Below are positions 8,202-16,529 of a stretch of DNA of 41,732 nt, one piece after another. The notes below the pieces were generated by a model. It had not been told where the DNA came from, made no database searches, and saw only the letters and a list, made by a program, of their open reading frames with translations. Source of the stretch: a virus. Location: the IMG/VR virus record IMGVR_UViG_3300045988_038035, positions 1 through 41,732 of that record, one strand, 5' to 3'. The first letter of the stretch is position 1, and every line of letters starts with the position of its first letter. A program made the translations under genes and the position numbers.

Positions 8202-9559
8202 GCTGTCCCCTCCAATCGTTTTAGCCTCTTCTCCTGCTCGCGTACCTTCGCCCACAGGATCGGAATGAATTCGCTGTACCGCAGGAAATACGTTTCGCTG
8301 CCGTCCTCGCGTTTGGCAGCGGCCCAGCCCGCAAATTCCTGCGAGTCAATGCCGCATTCCTGCATCGCCGCTTCCACCTCCTGCGCGATGAATCCGGTGT
8401 GGAAGCGCCCGCTCGTGCCGCTGTTGAGCTTGTAGCGTTTCGGTTCGATGCGCTCAAACATGCTCACGTACTTCTCCGGCAGCGCCTCGATGCTGTTCTT
8501 GATGTTCCTGTCCGAGCCGTTGAGCGTGTCCGTGCTGCAATAGATCGCGTCCCACACGAAATTCCGGCTGCCGAGGTTATAGAGCGCGTTTGCGTTCGGA
8601 ATGACGTCGCCCTTGATCTGCACCTCCTGCGAGTATCCGTCCACCTCGATAGAGGCATAGTACCCCCTTGTGCTCCGATCCCATCGAGAGCCAATGAACA
8701 CACTGCCGTCGTCGCCGCCGAGCTCGATCGCGTCCGAGTCGATCTCGATCTTCGTGTCTGCCGAGCTTGCGTAGGTTGAATAGATGGTTCCGCATCTGTT
8801 CCCGTCGTCGTCCAGAATGCGGATCGAACCGCCTTGCAGGCGTTCCGCCGTCAGCGTACCGTACACATTGACGGCATCTACGTAGAGGTCGACTGAGCCC
8901 GTGCTTGCCAGCACAGCGCCGTCGTACATGAGCTTGAAGATCGTCCCGCTCTCTCCGCTCGTTGCCGCCAGCGTGATCCCGTTAAGGCTCTGGTCGATGA
9001 GCGTCTGCGCCTCCGAGCTGTTGATTTTCCCGCTTACCTGCGTGCGAATGCCGTTTACGTCCGCCGTCAGGTTCGTGATGCTGCCCTCGTTGCTGCTGAT
9101 GCGCGCGCTCAGGCCGTCCGCCGTCGCGCCCAGCTGCGTGATGTTCCCCTCGGCGCTGCTGATCCGCGCGGCAAGGCCGTCTGCTCTCGCGCCGAGCTGG
9201 GTAATGTCGCCCTTGGCGTTTTTGATCTCGGCCGCGAGCCCGTCTGCCCGCGCGCTGAGCTGTGTGATGTCGCCCTCTGCGTCGCCGATGCGCGCTGCCA
9301 GTCCCTTTGCCGTGATGCTCAGCTCGTTCACGTTTTTGTTCGTGTCCTCGATCTTGGCGTAGATCGGTTCGCGGATATTTTTGATAAAGTCGCTCATCGC
9401 ATTGGGATTGACGTTGCTGTCGTCCAGATTGAAAAGCGTGTAGCGCAGTTGTTCCAGCAGCACGAAGAGGTAGTCATAGATCCCCTCGATCTGCTCCTGT
9501 GTGTTCTTCCCTTCCCCATTTGGGAAGGTGGTCTCCACCAGCTGAAATGTCGTCGGCAC
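8198..9559 (-). CDS. Tail fibre/spike with C-terminal S74-type intramolecular chaperone domain
   Basis: C-terminus reads SDRNIKNSIEAL...FHTGFIAQEVEAAM...YSEFIPILWAKVREQEKRL, typical of the endosialidase-chaperone (Peptidase_S74) domain. GTG start. Confidence 0.8.
   Translation of the reverse strand: MPTTFQLVETTFPNGEGKNTQEQIEGIYDYLFVLLEQLRYTLFNLDDSNVNPNAMSDFIKNIREPIYAKIEDTNKNVNELSITAKGLAARIGDAEGDITQLSARADGLAAEIKNAKGDITQLGARADGLAARISSAEGNITQLGATADGLSARISSNEGSITNLTADVNGIRTQVSGKINSSEAQTLIDQSLNGITLAATSGESGTIFKLMYDGAVLASTGSVDLYVDAVNVYGTLTAERLQGGSIRILDDDGNRCGTIYSTYASSADTKIEIDSDAIELGGDDGSVFIGSRWDRSTRGYYASIEVDGYSQEVQIKGDVIPNANALYNLGSRNFVWDAIYCSTDTLNGSDRNIKNSIEALPEKYVSMFERIEPKRYKLNSGTSGRFHTGFIAQEVEAAMQECGIDSQEFAGWAAAKREDGSETYFLRYSEFIPILWAKVREQEKRLKRLEGTA
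9053..9304 (-). repeat. Four tandem 63-nt (21-aa) coiled-coil repeats inside the fibre gene
   Basis: The four units are GLAARIGDAEGDITQLSARAD, GLAAEIKNAKGDITQLGARAD, GLAARISSAEGNITQLGATAD and GLSARISSNEGSITNLTADVN. Confidence 0.85.
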
Positions 9560-9565
9560 TCGTCA

Positions 9566-9931
9566 TCACACCTTCCAGTTGCCGAGGCTCGCTTTCCGAT
9601 TGTTTCTTCTCCACCATGCCATGGCGTTCTCAACTGCCCGGTTCGCAAGCGCGTAGTCGTTGGCGTAGAGGGTACTGTCTTGATTGTAAGCGTCAAGCGC
9701 TGCCGCCAGATACAGGGCATAGCATTCGCAGTGCCCGTCCGGCATCAGCAGCTCGAAGTCCTCCACACTCGCCGTGTCGTCCTCGGTGTTCACCGAGAGG
9801 GTGTGGGCATCTACCCCCATCATCTCGGCAAAGCGGGTTTCCAGCTCCATGAGCACCTCTGCCTTGCGCGGTGTGCTCATCTTGTTCGGGCGCAGCGCGT
9901 CTGCGTCGCGGATCGCTTTCAGCAGTCTCAT
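9566..9931 (-). CDS. Hypothetical structural protein, 121 aa
   Basis: Track ORF with an ATGA overlap to the upstream gene. Confidence 0.7.
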   Translation of the reverse strand: MRLLKAIRDADALRPNKMSTPRKAEVLMELETRFAEMMGVDAHTLSVNTEDDTASVEDFELLMPDGHCECYALYLAAALDAYNQDSTLYANDYALANRAVENAMAWWRRNNRKASLGNWKV

Positions 9932-10719
9932 GCGCTCACCACCTTGAAATAGCTGCCAGCCAGCTCATGCGGCAAATACTGCAAGACGATCTTCCCACCC
10001 GCGGCCTCGCCGGTGCGCTCGCAGAGGTACGTCTTGCCGTCCTCGCTGTCGAGGTAGTACTTGCCGTATTCGTACTCCATGCCGCGGCTTGCGGGGATTG
10101 GGTCATCTTGAGTGCCCGCGTGAGTAACGTCGATCACGACCCACAGATCGGGCGTTGCGGCAGGATTCCATCTCTCCTGCGAGGTGTGAGCCTTTCGGCA
10201 CTTGTAGAGCTTGCCGCTGTCGCTTACGCGGTTGCCCGCAATGTAGCTGACGGGATATGCCCACGCAGGGAACAGCTCAACGGCCTTTGCCGCTTCGCCG
10301 TCCGACAAACTCATTGCTGCCATCTCGATCATCGGTCGCAGCTCTGCGGCACGCGCCACGGTCACGACCTCGCCCGTGAGGGCGACCACCGCGCCGACGG
10401 CGCTCTCCGCCTCCGTGGGCTTGCCCATCTTGATAGATACTGTGCCGTTGCGGTGGTCGGTGATGTCGCCGCTGAGACTGTACTCGCTCATGTCGCGCTC
10501 GTGGTCGACGGTCTGCCCTGTGGGCATGCCGCTTTCGTCAAGCACGTCCTCGCGCTCGATGAGCGACCACGGCGCATTGTTCGGCAGCAGAGCGGCGATC
10601 TCCGCCGCGCTGCCCTTGATCGTCACCGTGCAGGTGGGGCGTCCCCACGCGCTGTCGCGGTAGTGTTCCGCCGCCTCGCACGGCGTTTCGGTGTTGTTTG
10701 CTTTCAAAATAGTGCTCAT
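9928..10719 (-). CDS. Protein with CBM5/12-type carbohydrate-binding module
   Basis: AWAYPVSYIAGNRVSDSGKLYKCRKAHTSQERWNPAATPDLW matches the chitin-binding pattern W..Y.AG..V...GK.YKC...HTS..W.P...P.LW. Confidence 0.75.
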   Translation of the reverse strand: MSTILKANNTETPCEAAEHYRDSAWGRPTCTVTIKGSAAEIAALLPNNAPWSLIEREDVLDESGMPTGQTVDHERDMSEYSLSGDITDHRNGTVSIKMGKPTEAESAVGAVVALTGEVVTVARAAELRPMIEMAAMSLSDGEAAKAVELFPAWAYPVSYIAGNRVSDSGKLYKCRKAHTSQERWNPAATPDLWVVIDVTHAGTQDDPIPASRGMEYEYGKYYLDSEDGKTYLCERTGEAAGGKIVLQYLPHELAGSYFKVVSA

Positions 10720-10734
10720 ACTCTTCTCCTTTTG

Positions 10735-10998
10735 TTAAGAAAGTGTCACATCGGCACATGGCATCACGAAATTAGAGGTCCTGTTTGTCCCTTTTATGGT
10801 GACCGTATTCCCGGTAGCCGGATCGACGAATGTCATTTTAGGTGAGACAGAGGTCGGGGGCGAAGTCGCTTCAAAGACATACCCCGGCTTTAATTTTGTT
10901 GCGCTCGTGGTGACGCGGTTATTCGCCGTGATCGTATACTCCTTTTCGCTTCCGCCGCGTCTGGGGTTGAAGATCATACTCCTTTCCTCCTTATTCAA
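10735..10998 (-). CDS. Hypothetical late protein, 87 aa
   Basis: Track ORF, in the operon. Confidence 0.6.
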   Translation of the reverse strand: MNKEERSMIFNPRRGGSEKEYTITANNRVTTSATKLKPGYVFEATSPPTSVSPKMTFVDPATGNTVTIKGTNRTSNFVMPCADVTLS

Positions 10999-13222
10999 GA
11001 TAGTTGATGGGGTAGATCGTCACATAGACGTCGATGCTTTCCGTCGGCACGGTGTCGGCGTAAAATGTTACGCTGTTCGCGCCCTGCGCGACCATCTGTA
11101 TGCTCGCCTCGTCGTAGGGATTGCCCGCCGCCGTGTTCACGGGCGTCGGAATCAGCAGCTGCTTTGTCGCGTCCGAGAGCACGCCGCTGCATGTCACCGT
11201 CTGCTGCTTGGTGCTGCTGTTCCAGCCCGATGCGGAGAGCGTCACCTTGCGCGTGGTCGGCCGCAGCGCGTAGTCCGTGCCCGCCGTCGCCGCTGCCAGC
11301 CCGCCCGAGCCGTCGCCCTTGATGAGCGAGGTGGTGATGGGGACGGTCGGCACGTCGATCTGCACCGCGCCCGTCTTGCCGTTGACGCTTGTGACAGGGT
11401 ACGGTGGCGGATTCGCGGAAGAGTACTGCCTCTCGTTTGCGACGTAGGAAAGGCCGACGTCGCTCTTGCTCACGCTTTGCAGCGCGCTGTCCGCCTTGCT
11501 GAGACTTGCCTTGATGCCCGCAGAGACGTCGTTGGTCGTCACGGTATCTTTAAAGGCAAGCCAGCCGAGGTCGTTGAACCACTTGGCGATCTTTCCCATA
11601 AGGATCGCAAGTTTCGTGCCGGATTCCAGCGCCGTGCGCGTGGAAGCAACCGTGAACGTCACCTTGGCATCGCTGCTGTCGACCTTCCCCGCCGCTTCCT
11701 GCGCGATCTCGTTGACGTCCGCCGCCGTGAAGTAGTCCACGCCTTTGACGGGCGTCTTTCCGTCTGCGCCGTCTTTCCCAGGCAGGCCGTCCGCGCCCTT
11801 GGCTCCGTCTTTGCCGGGAGCGCCGTCCGCACCCCTCTCACCGGGATCGCCCTTCTCCCCGGGGTCGCCTTTCGCGCCAGTGTCGCCCTTCGGGCCTTTG
11901 AGATTCACGGTCTCAGGATTCGCCTTGCCGCCGTCGTTCGACCACGAGAGATCGCCCGCCGCGCTCATACTCGGCGTAAACGTCACGCCGTCGCGTCCGT
12001 TTGTCCCGTCCTTACCCGGCGCACCGTCTGCGCCCTTGGCTCCATCTTTGCCGGGCGCGCCCTTCTCGCCGGGGTCTCCCTTCGGGCCCTGAATGCCCTG
12101 CTCGCCGCGCGGGCCGGGGTCTCCCTTCGCGCCTGGATCGCCCTTCGCGCCCTGCAAGGGGCCGTTGTTGATGAACTCGCCGGTAATGCCGTCGAAAATA
12201 TAAATGTCGTAGGGCTCCGCCGTGCCCACACCGTAAGCATCGCCCGCCTTTGCCGTCGCCTTCTGCTCCGCGTCCAGCTCGGCCTTGCTCTCGTAGTAGC
12301 TCAGCACCGTGAGGCCCTTGCCGGTCTCACCGCGCGGGCCCTGCTCGCCTTGAACGCCCTGCTCGCCGCGCGGGCCTTGCGGGCCGATGGGGCCGGTCTC
12401 GCCGGTGTCTCCCTTCTCGCCGCGTGCGCCGGTTGCACCCGTTGCGCCGGTCTCTCCCTTGGGGCCGACGGGGCCTTGTTCGCCGCGCAATCCTTCAAGC
12501 TGCGCAGGCGTGAAGTCCGAATAGGTGAAAGGATCTCCCTTCTCGCCTTTTTCTCCCTTCTCCCCTCGGGGGCCAGCTGCGCCGGTATCGCCCTTGGGGC
12601 CAACCTCGCCGCGCGCACCAGTCGCGCCGGTTGCGCCGACGGGGCCGCGCTCACCCTGCATGCCGCGCTCGCCCTGCTCGCCCTTGTCTCCCTTGGGGCC
12701 GGTGTCGCCCTTCGGACCGGTCGCGGCAACGCCCGTGTCGGTAAAGGCGTTCTGCGCCGCGTCCCACTTGAACCAGTGTCCGGTGGTGCTGTCCACGTAG
12801 GGCATCTTGGAGACCGCCGTCTCCGCGCTCGCCCCGGCCTTGAGCACCTCGTCCACCCAGCTCTGATATGCCGGCGGCGGAGTCTCCGAGCTTTCGCCCA
12901 TCGCCGCGCGCACGCGCGTCTTGTAGATCTGGCTTTTGGCGATTACGTCACCCATCGTATAGCGCAGCTCTGCGCGTCCTTCTCCGGGCGCGTAAGTGTC
13001 CGTATTGCTTACCGTCCAGAAGAGCACGCCGCCCTCTTCGCTGAGCGTTACGGGATACGGCGCCGCGTCGCCCTCTCGCTGCACGATCAGGCCGAATGCG
13101 CCGCCCGCGCCGTAGGTCTCTCGCCATTTGTCTGCAATGTCGAAGCTCACCCTGCGCGCCTTGTTTTCTCCCTGACGCCCGAGGTTGATTTCCTGCATTA
13201 CGTATGCCTTTTCTTCAATCAT
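10991..13222 (-). CDS. Collagen-like repeat fibre/receptor-binding protein (BppU-like N-terminus), 743 aa
   Basis: Start refined to MIEEKAYVMQEINLGRQGEN with SD GAGAGGTGA. Contains four Gly-X-Y blocks. Confidence 0.8.
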   Translation of the reverse strand: MIEEKAYVMQEINLGRQGENKARRVSFDIADKWRETYGAGGAFGLIVQREGDAAPYPVTLSEEGGVLFWTVSNTDTYAPGEGRAELRYTMGDVIAKSQIYKTRVRAAMGESSETPPPAYQSWVDEVLKAGASAETAVSKMPYVDSTTGHWFKWDAAQNAFTDTGVAATGPKGDTGPKGDKGEQGERGMQGERGPVGATGATGARGEVGPKGDTGAAGPRGEKGEKGEKGDPFTYSDFTPAQLEGLRGEQGPVGPKGETGATGATGARGEKGDTGETGPIGPQGPRGEQGVQGEQGPRGETGKGLTVLSYYESKAELDAEQKATAKAGDAYGVGTAEPYDIYIFDGITGEFINNGPLQGAKGDPGAKGDPGPRGEQGIQGPKGDPGEKGAPGKDGAKGADGAPGKDGTNGRDGVTFTPSMSAAGDLSWSNDGGKANPETVNLKGPKGDTGAKGDPGEKGDPGERGADGAPGKDGAKGADGLPGKDGADGKTPVKGVDYFTAADVNEIAQEAAGKVDSSDAKVTFTVASTRTALESGTKLAILMGKIAKWFNDLGWLAFKDTVTTNDVSAGIKASLSKADSALQSVSKSDVGLSYVANERQYSSANPPPYPVTSVNGKTGAVQIDVPTVPITTSLIKGDGSGGLAAATAGTDYALRPTTRKVTLSASGWNSSTKQQTVTCSGVLSDATKQLLIPTPVNTAAGNPYDEASIQMVAQGANSVTFYADTVPTESIDVYVTIYPINYLE
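11750..12718 (-). repeat. Collagen-like G-X-Y triplet repeat region (four blocks)
   Basis: Runs such as GPKGDTGPKGDKGEQGERG are visible in the translation. Confidence 0.9.
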
Positions 13223-13246
13223 CTCGTCACCTCTCTTATGAGAAAC

Positions 13247-13285
13247 GGCGCAGCAAGAGCGACTTTTTTCGTCCCTTGCTGCGCC
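13247..13285 (-). terminator. Hairpin (11-bp perfect stem) with weak U-tract between the 92-aa gene and the fibre gene
   Basis: GGCGCAGCAAG...CTTGCTGCGCC followed by GTTTCTC on the minus strand. Confidence 0.5.
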
Positions 13286-13323
13286 GTGTCGCAACTCATT
13301 TTTGTGTTTCGCGGAGTATTTAC

Positions 13324-13602
13324 TTATACGTTGTGCGCTTTCGCGCTGTCCTCGTAGTCGCTGCTCATCGACTGAATGAGGTTTGCGGTCGAGGCGTCCT
13401 GTTTCATCTGGTTCTGGATCGCCCACAGGAACTTTCTCTTGATCTGCACGGTCACACCGCGTCGGATCAGGCACGATTCACCGTTCACACACACCAGCAA
13501 GTCGTCTTTGTACTTGCCGTTGTCCTTGAACAGGCGGACGCTGACGTATTCCTCGCCTGCGCGGGCGGCATCAGCAGCCGGATTGATCTTTGCTTCGCTC
13601 AT
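13324..13602 (-). CDS. Small protein downstream of the capsid gene, 92 aa
   Basis: Track ORF with SD GGAGGGAAAA. Confidence 0.7.
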   Translation of the reverse strand: MSEAKINPAADAARAGEEYVSVRLFKDNGKYKDDLLVCVNGESCLIRRGVTVQIKRKFLWAIQNQMKQDASTANLIQSMSSDYEDSAKAHNV

Positions 13603-13626
13603 CGGTTTTCCCTCCGTTTCATTGGT

Positions 13627-13651
13627 GGGGGCGGCATCAGCAGCCGCCCCC
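13627..13651 (-). other. 9-bp GC hairpin directly after the capsid stop codon
   Basis: GGGGGCGGC-TGCTGAT-GCCGCCCCC with no U-tract. Confidence 0.6.
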
Positions 13652-13658
13652 TTGGTGG

Positions 13659-14915
13659 TTAGGTCAGCGGGGTCTCGCCAAACGTGGAGGTGGATTCCAC
13701 GCGGATCATATACGCCTCAACCAGACGCTCGGCAACCTTGGTGGCCTTCCAGCCGACGGTTGCGCGCTGGTTCAGCGGGTCAGCAGTGCCGGCAGAGCCG
13801 AGCGGCTTGACGATATGCTCAAGGCCGCCGTCGGTCAGCTCGGTCGTGCCGTAAGCCTCCGCGCCCATGATGAGCGTGGAGTAGACGTTGCGGCCCTTCG
13901 CGCCAGCTTCGCCGGGATAAACGACGGTCGATGCCGCCGGGGAAGTGGCAGGAGCGTCTTTCAGTGTGATCGTCGCGCTGCCCGCAGCCGCAGCCGCGGC
14001 GCTCTCGATCTCAAGGATCTCGCTGCCGATGATAACCATGCGGCCCGCGAGCTTCGCGGCGTCGTCCGCCGTGATGGTCTCATTGACGGTGATGGTCTTG
14101 CCGCTTGCGCTCTTGACCTTGAGCTCGCGTGCGCCCTCGGTGAGGTTTTCGGCATGGAACACCTTCGCCTCAGTGGTCTCCACAAAGCGGACGCCCGCGA
14201 TCTTGCCGATCTCATCGTCATAGATGTTGGCGGTGTCCTTGTACTCGTGGGGGCGCTTCCAGTCGGGGTCGTCCTGAATGTCGTAAGAGCAGTCCGGGTG
14301 AATGATCGCCCAGTAGGAGCCCTCATAGCGCGGCGTGTTCATGGTTTTCAGGAAACGAACCGCCTTGCGGACGGCACGCACCGTGAAATAGTGGTTGCCC
14401 GTGGCCTCGCCGCCGACGAGCAGATGACGGCCCGTCACCTGACCCTCGCCGTACTGGACGTTCGAGCCGCCGTTGATGACCTCGCGGGTGATGGTGTCAA
14501 GCGTGCGGCCGGCCTGAGAGCCGAGCAGCACGGTGGCCTCCTGCAGGTTGTTGTCGATGGCGGTGAGTTCAAGGATATCAGAGATCTCCACGAAATCGCC
14601 GTACTGGTCGACCTGCGCGGTCAGCGTGGTCATGGACAGCTTGCGGCCCTTGGGGGTCACGCCTTCGGTGATGGGCGTGAGCGCCTTGGGCAGCGGGTCA
14701 TACTTGCGGAACTCGATCTCCTTGCCCTTGCCCTTGGGAATGTTGCGCTTCTGCGCGAAGCGGTCATGCACCAGCTCGGGCTCTGCGTTGTCGATCAGGG
14801 TGTCGCAGTAGTAGGTTTTCATCTCGCCGGAAAGACCGGCATCGGTGGTCACGTTCGGCTGACCCTCAAAAAGGTTCAGCACGACCGGCAGAATGTAAAT
14901 GTCGTTCAGCTTCAT
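13659..14915 (-). CDS. Major capsid protein (HK97-fold; resembles the N4 gp56-type family from memory)
   Basis: 418 aa, directly after the scaffold gene. Motifs like KEIEFRKY...GVTPKG...DQYGDFVEISD. Family assignment not verified. Confidence 0.8.
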   Translation of the reverse strand: MKLNDIYILPVVLNLFEGQPNVTTDAGLSGEMKTYYCDTLIDNAEPELVHDRFAQKRNIPKGKGKEIEFRKYDPLPKALTPITEGVTPKGRKLSMTTLTAQVDQYGDFVEISDILELTAIDNNLQEATVLLGSQAGRTLDTITREVINGGSNVQYGEGQVTGRHLLVGGEATGNHYFTVRAVRKAVRFLKTMNTPRYEGSYWAIIHPDCSYDIQDDPDWKRPHEYKDTANIYDDEIGKIAGVRFVETTEAKVFHAENLTEGARELKVKSASGKTITVNETITADDAAKLAGRMVIIGSEILEIESAAAAAAGSATITLKDAPATSPAASTVVYPGEAGAKGRNVYSTLIMGAEAYGTTELTDGGLEHIVKPLGSAGTADPLNQRATVGWKATKVAERLVEAYMIRVESTSTFGETPLT

Positions 14916-14960
14916 AGCTTGTTGTTCTCCCTTCGTTCAGTCGGTATTCTTCGGCGGGCA

Positions 14961-15998
14961 TCAAAGCACGATGCGCTCGCCGCGCCGCACGCGCCTTGCA
15001 ATCTCTGCGCGGTCGGCTTTCGTGAATTTGCTTGGGTCATTCTTGACGATGACCCCCGGCTGGGAGGCTGTTCCGTTCTCGTTCGGGCGCATGCCTTTTG
15101 CACGAATATTGTCCATCACGCGCTTTTCCATCTCAGCCGCAGCTTTCGCTGCGACCTCCGCTTTAATATCAGCGAGATATGTGGATTCATAAGCGTCTTT
15201 GACGGAAAAATGATTCCGAAGCAGTTCCTCAAATCTTGGGCTATGCTCCATTGCGTCCTTAAAACTGAAATTTGGGTATTCTCCTGGATTATCCGGCGTA
15301 CCGACTAACTCTGCGGCCTGCCTTATCCAATCATTGACCCTAAATTCGCTGGCTTCTTTTGCCCGTCGGCTTTCTTCACGCTTTCTGAGCACTTCGGTTT
15401 CCTGCTTCATGCGCGCATACTCGCGGTACTGCTCCACGCTCATGCCCATGCTCTCAGCTTCCGCGCTGTAAAGCACGCTGTTGATCGCCGCATCGCCCTC
15501 AAATGCGGCGCGCAGTTTGCTCATGTCGCCGTCCGTCACGCCGTAGTGGCGCATCAGCGCGTCGATGATCGGCTGTGCGTCCGCGATCTTCTGGTCCTTG
15601 GCCTTTTCCTCGCCGAATCTGCGGTTGATGATGCGCTGCGTCTCTGCGGTATAGACGTCCTTGTACTTGCCGTTTACGAGATCGAGGAACTCCTTTTTGA
15701 GGTCTCCCTCGCCGTCTTTCGCAGCCCCGGCGTCGTGCTGCTGCATCTTCGCGCCCTCGCCCTTCGGCTCACCAGAAGAGAGCCCCGTATCGTCAGGTGT
15801 CTCCTGCTTGCCAAAAACGACGTTGGCGTATTCGCCCGATTTGCCCTTCCGGGTGGGAGAAGAGCTTGCATTTGTGGTATCGCCCTGTGCGCCTGCCGTT
15901 CCCTCTGCGCCGCCCGATGCACCGGCAGCGGCTCCCGCAGCGGCAGCGCCGCCGTCAAAGAGGCTCAGGATAACAGAAAGCATGGTGTTGAGGTTCAT
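14961..15998 (-). CDS. Scaffolding protein, 345 aa (start refined to MNLNTML)
   Basis: SD GGAGGGAA. Charged helical sequence located between portal and capsid. Confidence 0.7.
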   Translation of the reverse strand: MNLNTMLSVILSLFDGGAAAAGAAAGASGGAEGTAGAQGDTTNASSSPTRKGKSGEYANVVFGKQETPDDTGLSSGEPKGEGAKMQQHDAGAAKDGEGDLKKEFLDLVNGKYKDVYTAETQRIINRRFGEEKAKDQKIADAQPIIDALMRHYGVTDGDMSKLRAAFEGDAAINSVLYSAEAESMGMSVEQYREYARMKQETEVLRKREESRRAKEASEFRVNDWIRQAAELVGTPDNPGEYPNFSFKDAMEHSPRFEELLRNHFSVKDAYESTYLADIKAEVAAKAAAEMEKRVMDNIRAKGMRPNENGTASQPGVIVKNDPSKFTKADRAEIARRVRRGERIVL

Positions 15999-16214
15999 CT
16001 CATTCCCTCCTGCATGATCAAATCGCGGGCGTTTGGCTCCCCGTGTAAGCCGAGTAGGGGCTCTCCAATGCGTCCCCGCAGCGCGCGAGTGCGGCGGAAA
16101 GATGAAGAGAACCGCCGCAGCCCCCGCTGCGAGTGAAAGGAGAGAATGCCCCCGCTCGCTCTCAGCGTAGCACAAGCACTCTCCCCTTCTCACCACGGAT
16201 TGAAAAAATATTTT
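15999..16214 (-). promoter_or_regulatory. 216-nt structured non-coding leader upstream of the scaffold gene
   Basis: No credible ORF. Inverted repeat 16133-16149/16176-16193, plus GC hairpins 16116-16131 and 16091-16097/16112-16118. Confidence 0.55.
16164..16198 (-). promoter_or_regulatory. Late promoter-like motif, site B: CCGTGGTGAGAA-N-TGCTACGCT
   Basis: One of four intergenic minus-strand copies of the 9-mer CCGTGGTGA, each followed by an extended -10-like element. Confidence 0.5.
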
Positions 16215-16526
16215 TTATTTTTCTTCCACCTGCACCGAAATCGCGTCCGGCCTCGTGTTTTCCAGCTGTTTGAGCCCGATGCAGGCCGCGAGGAACGCCG
16301 CCTCGATGCGGTCATCTCCCCAGCAGCAGACGGCAAATTGAGGCAATTTCTCGTCGATCTCGAAGCGCTCGACCTTGCACTTTCCTGCCGCCTCCCGGCT
16401 TTTGACATAGCCGCCGAAAGCGTACAGCACGCCCGTGATGTAGTTGCAGCAGGCCGTGTCGGCGGAATGCCCCTCGCAGATGATGCAGTAGTGCCCCGCC
16501 CCGCACTGGATTTTTGCCCGCGTCAT
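16215..16526 (-). CDS. Cys-rich hypothetical protein, 103 aa
   Basis: Track ORF. The ATG lies 3 nt after the portal TAA and in the same frame. No SD. Confidence 0.6.
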   Translation of the reverse strand: MTRAKIQCGAGHYCIICEGHSADTACCNYITGVLYAFGGYVKSREAAGKCKVERFEIDEKLPQFAVCCWGDDRIEAAFLAACIGLKQLENTRPDAISVQVEEK

Positions 16527-16529
16527 GCC

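Noticed and set aside
11750-12718. Diversity-generating retroelement or CRISPR-like repeats
   Set aside because: The repeats are in-frame collagen G-X-Y triplets. There is no reverse transcriptase, no template/variable repeat pair and no spacer architecture anywhere in the window.
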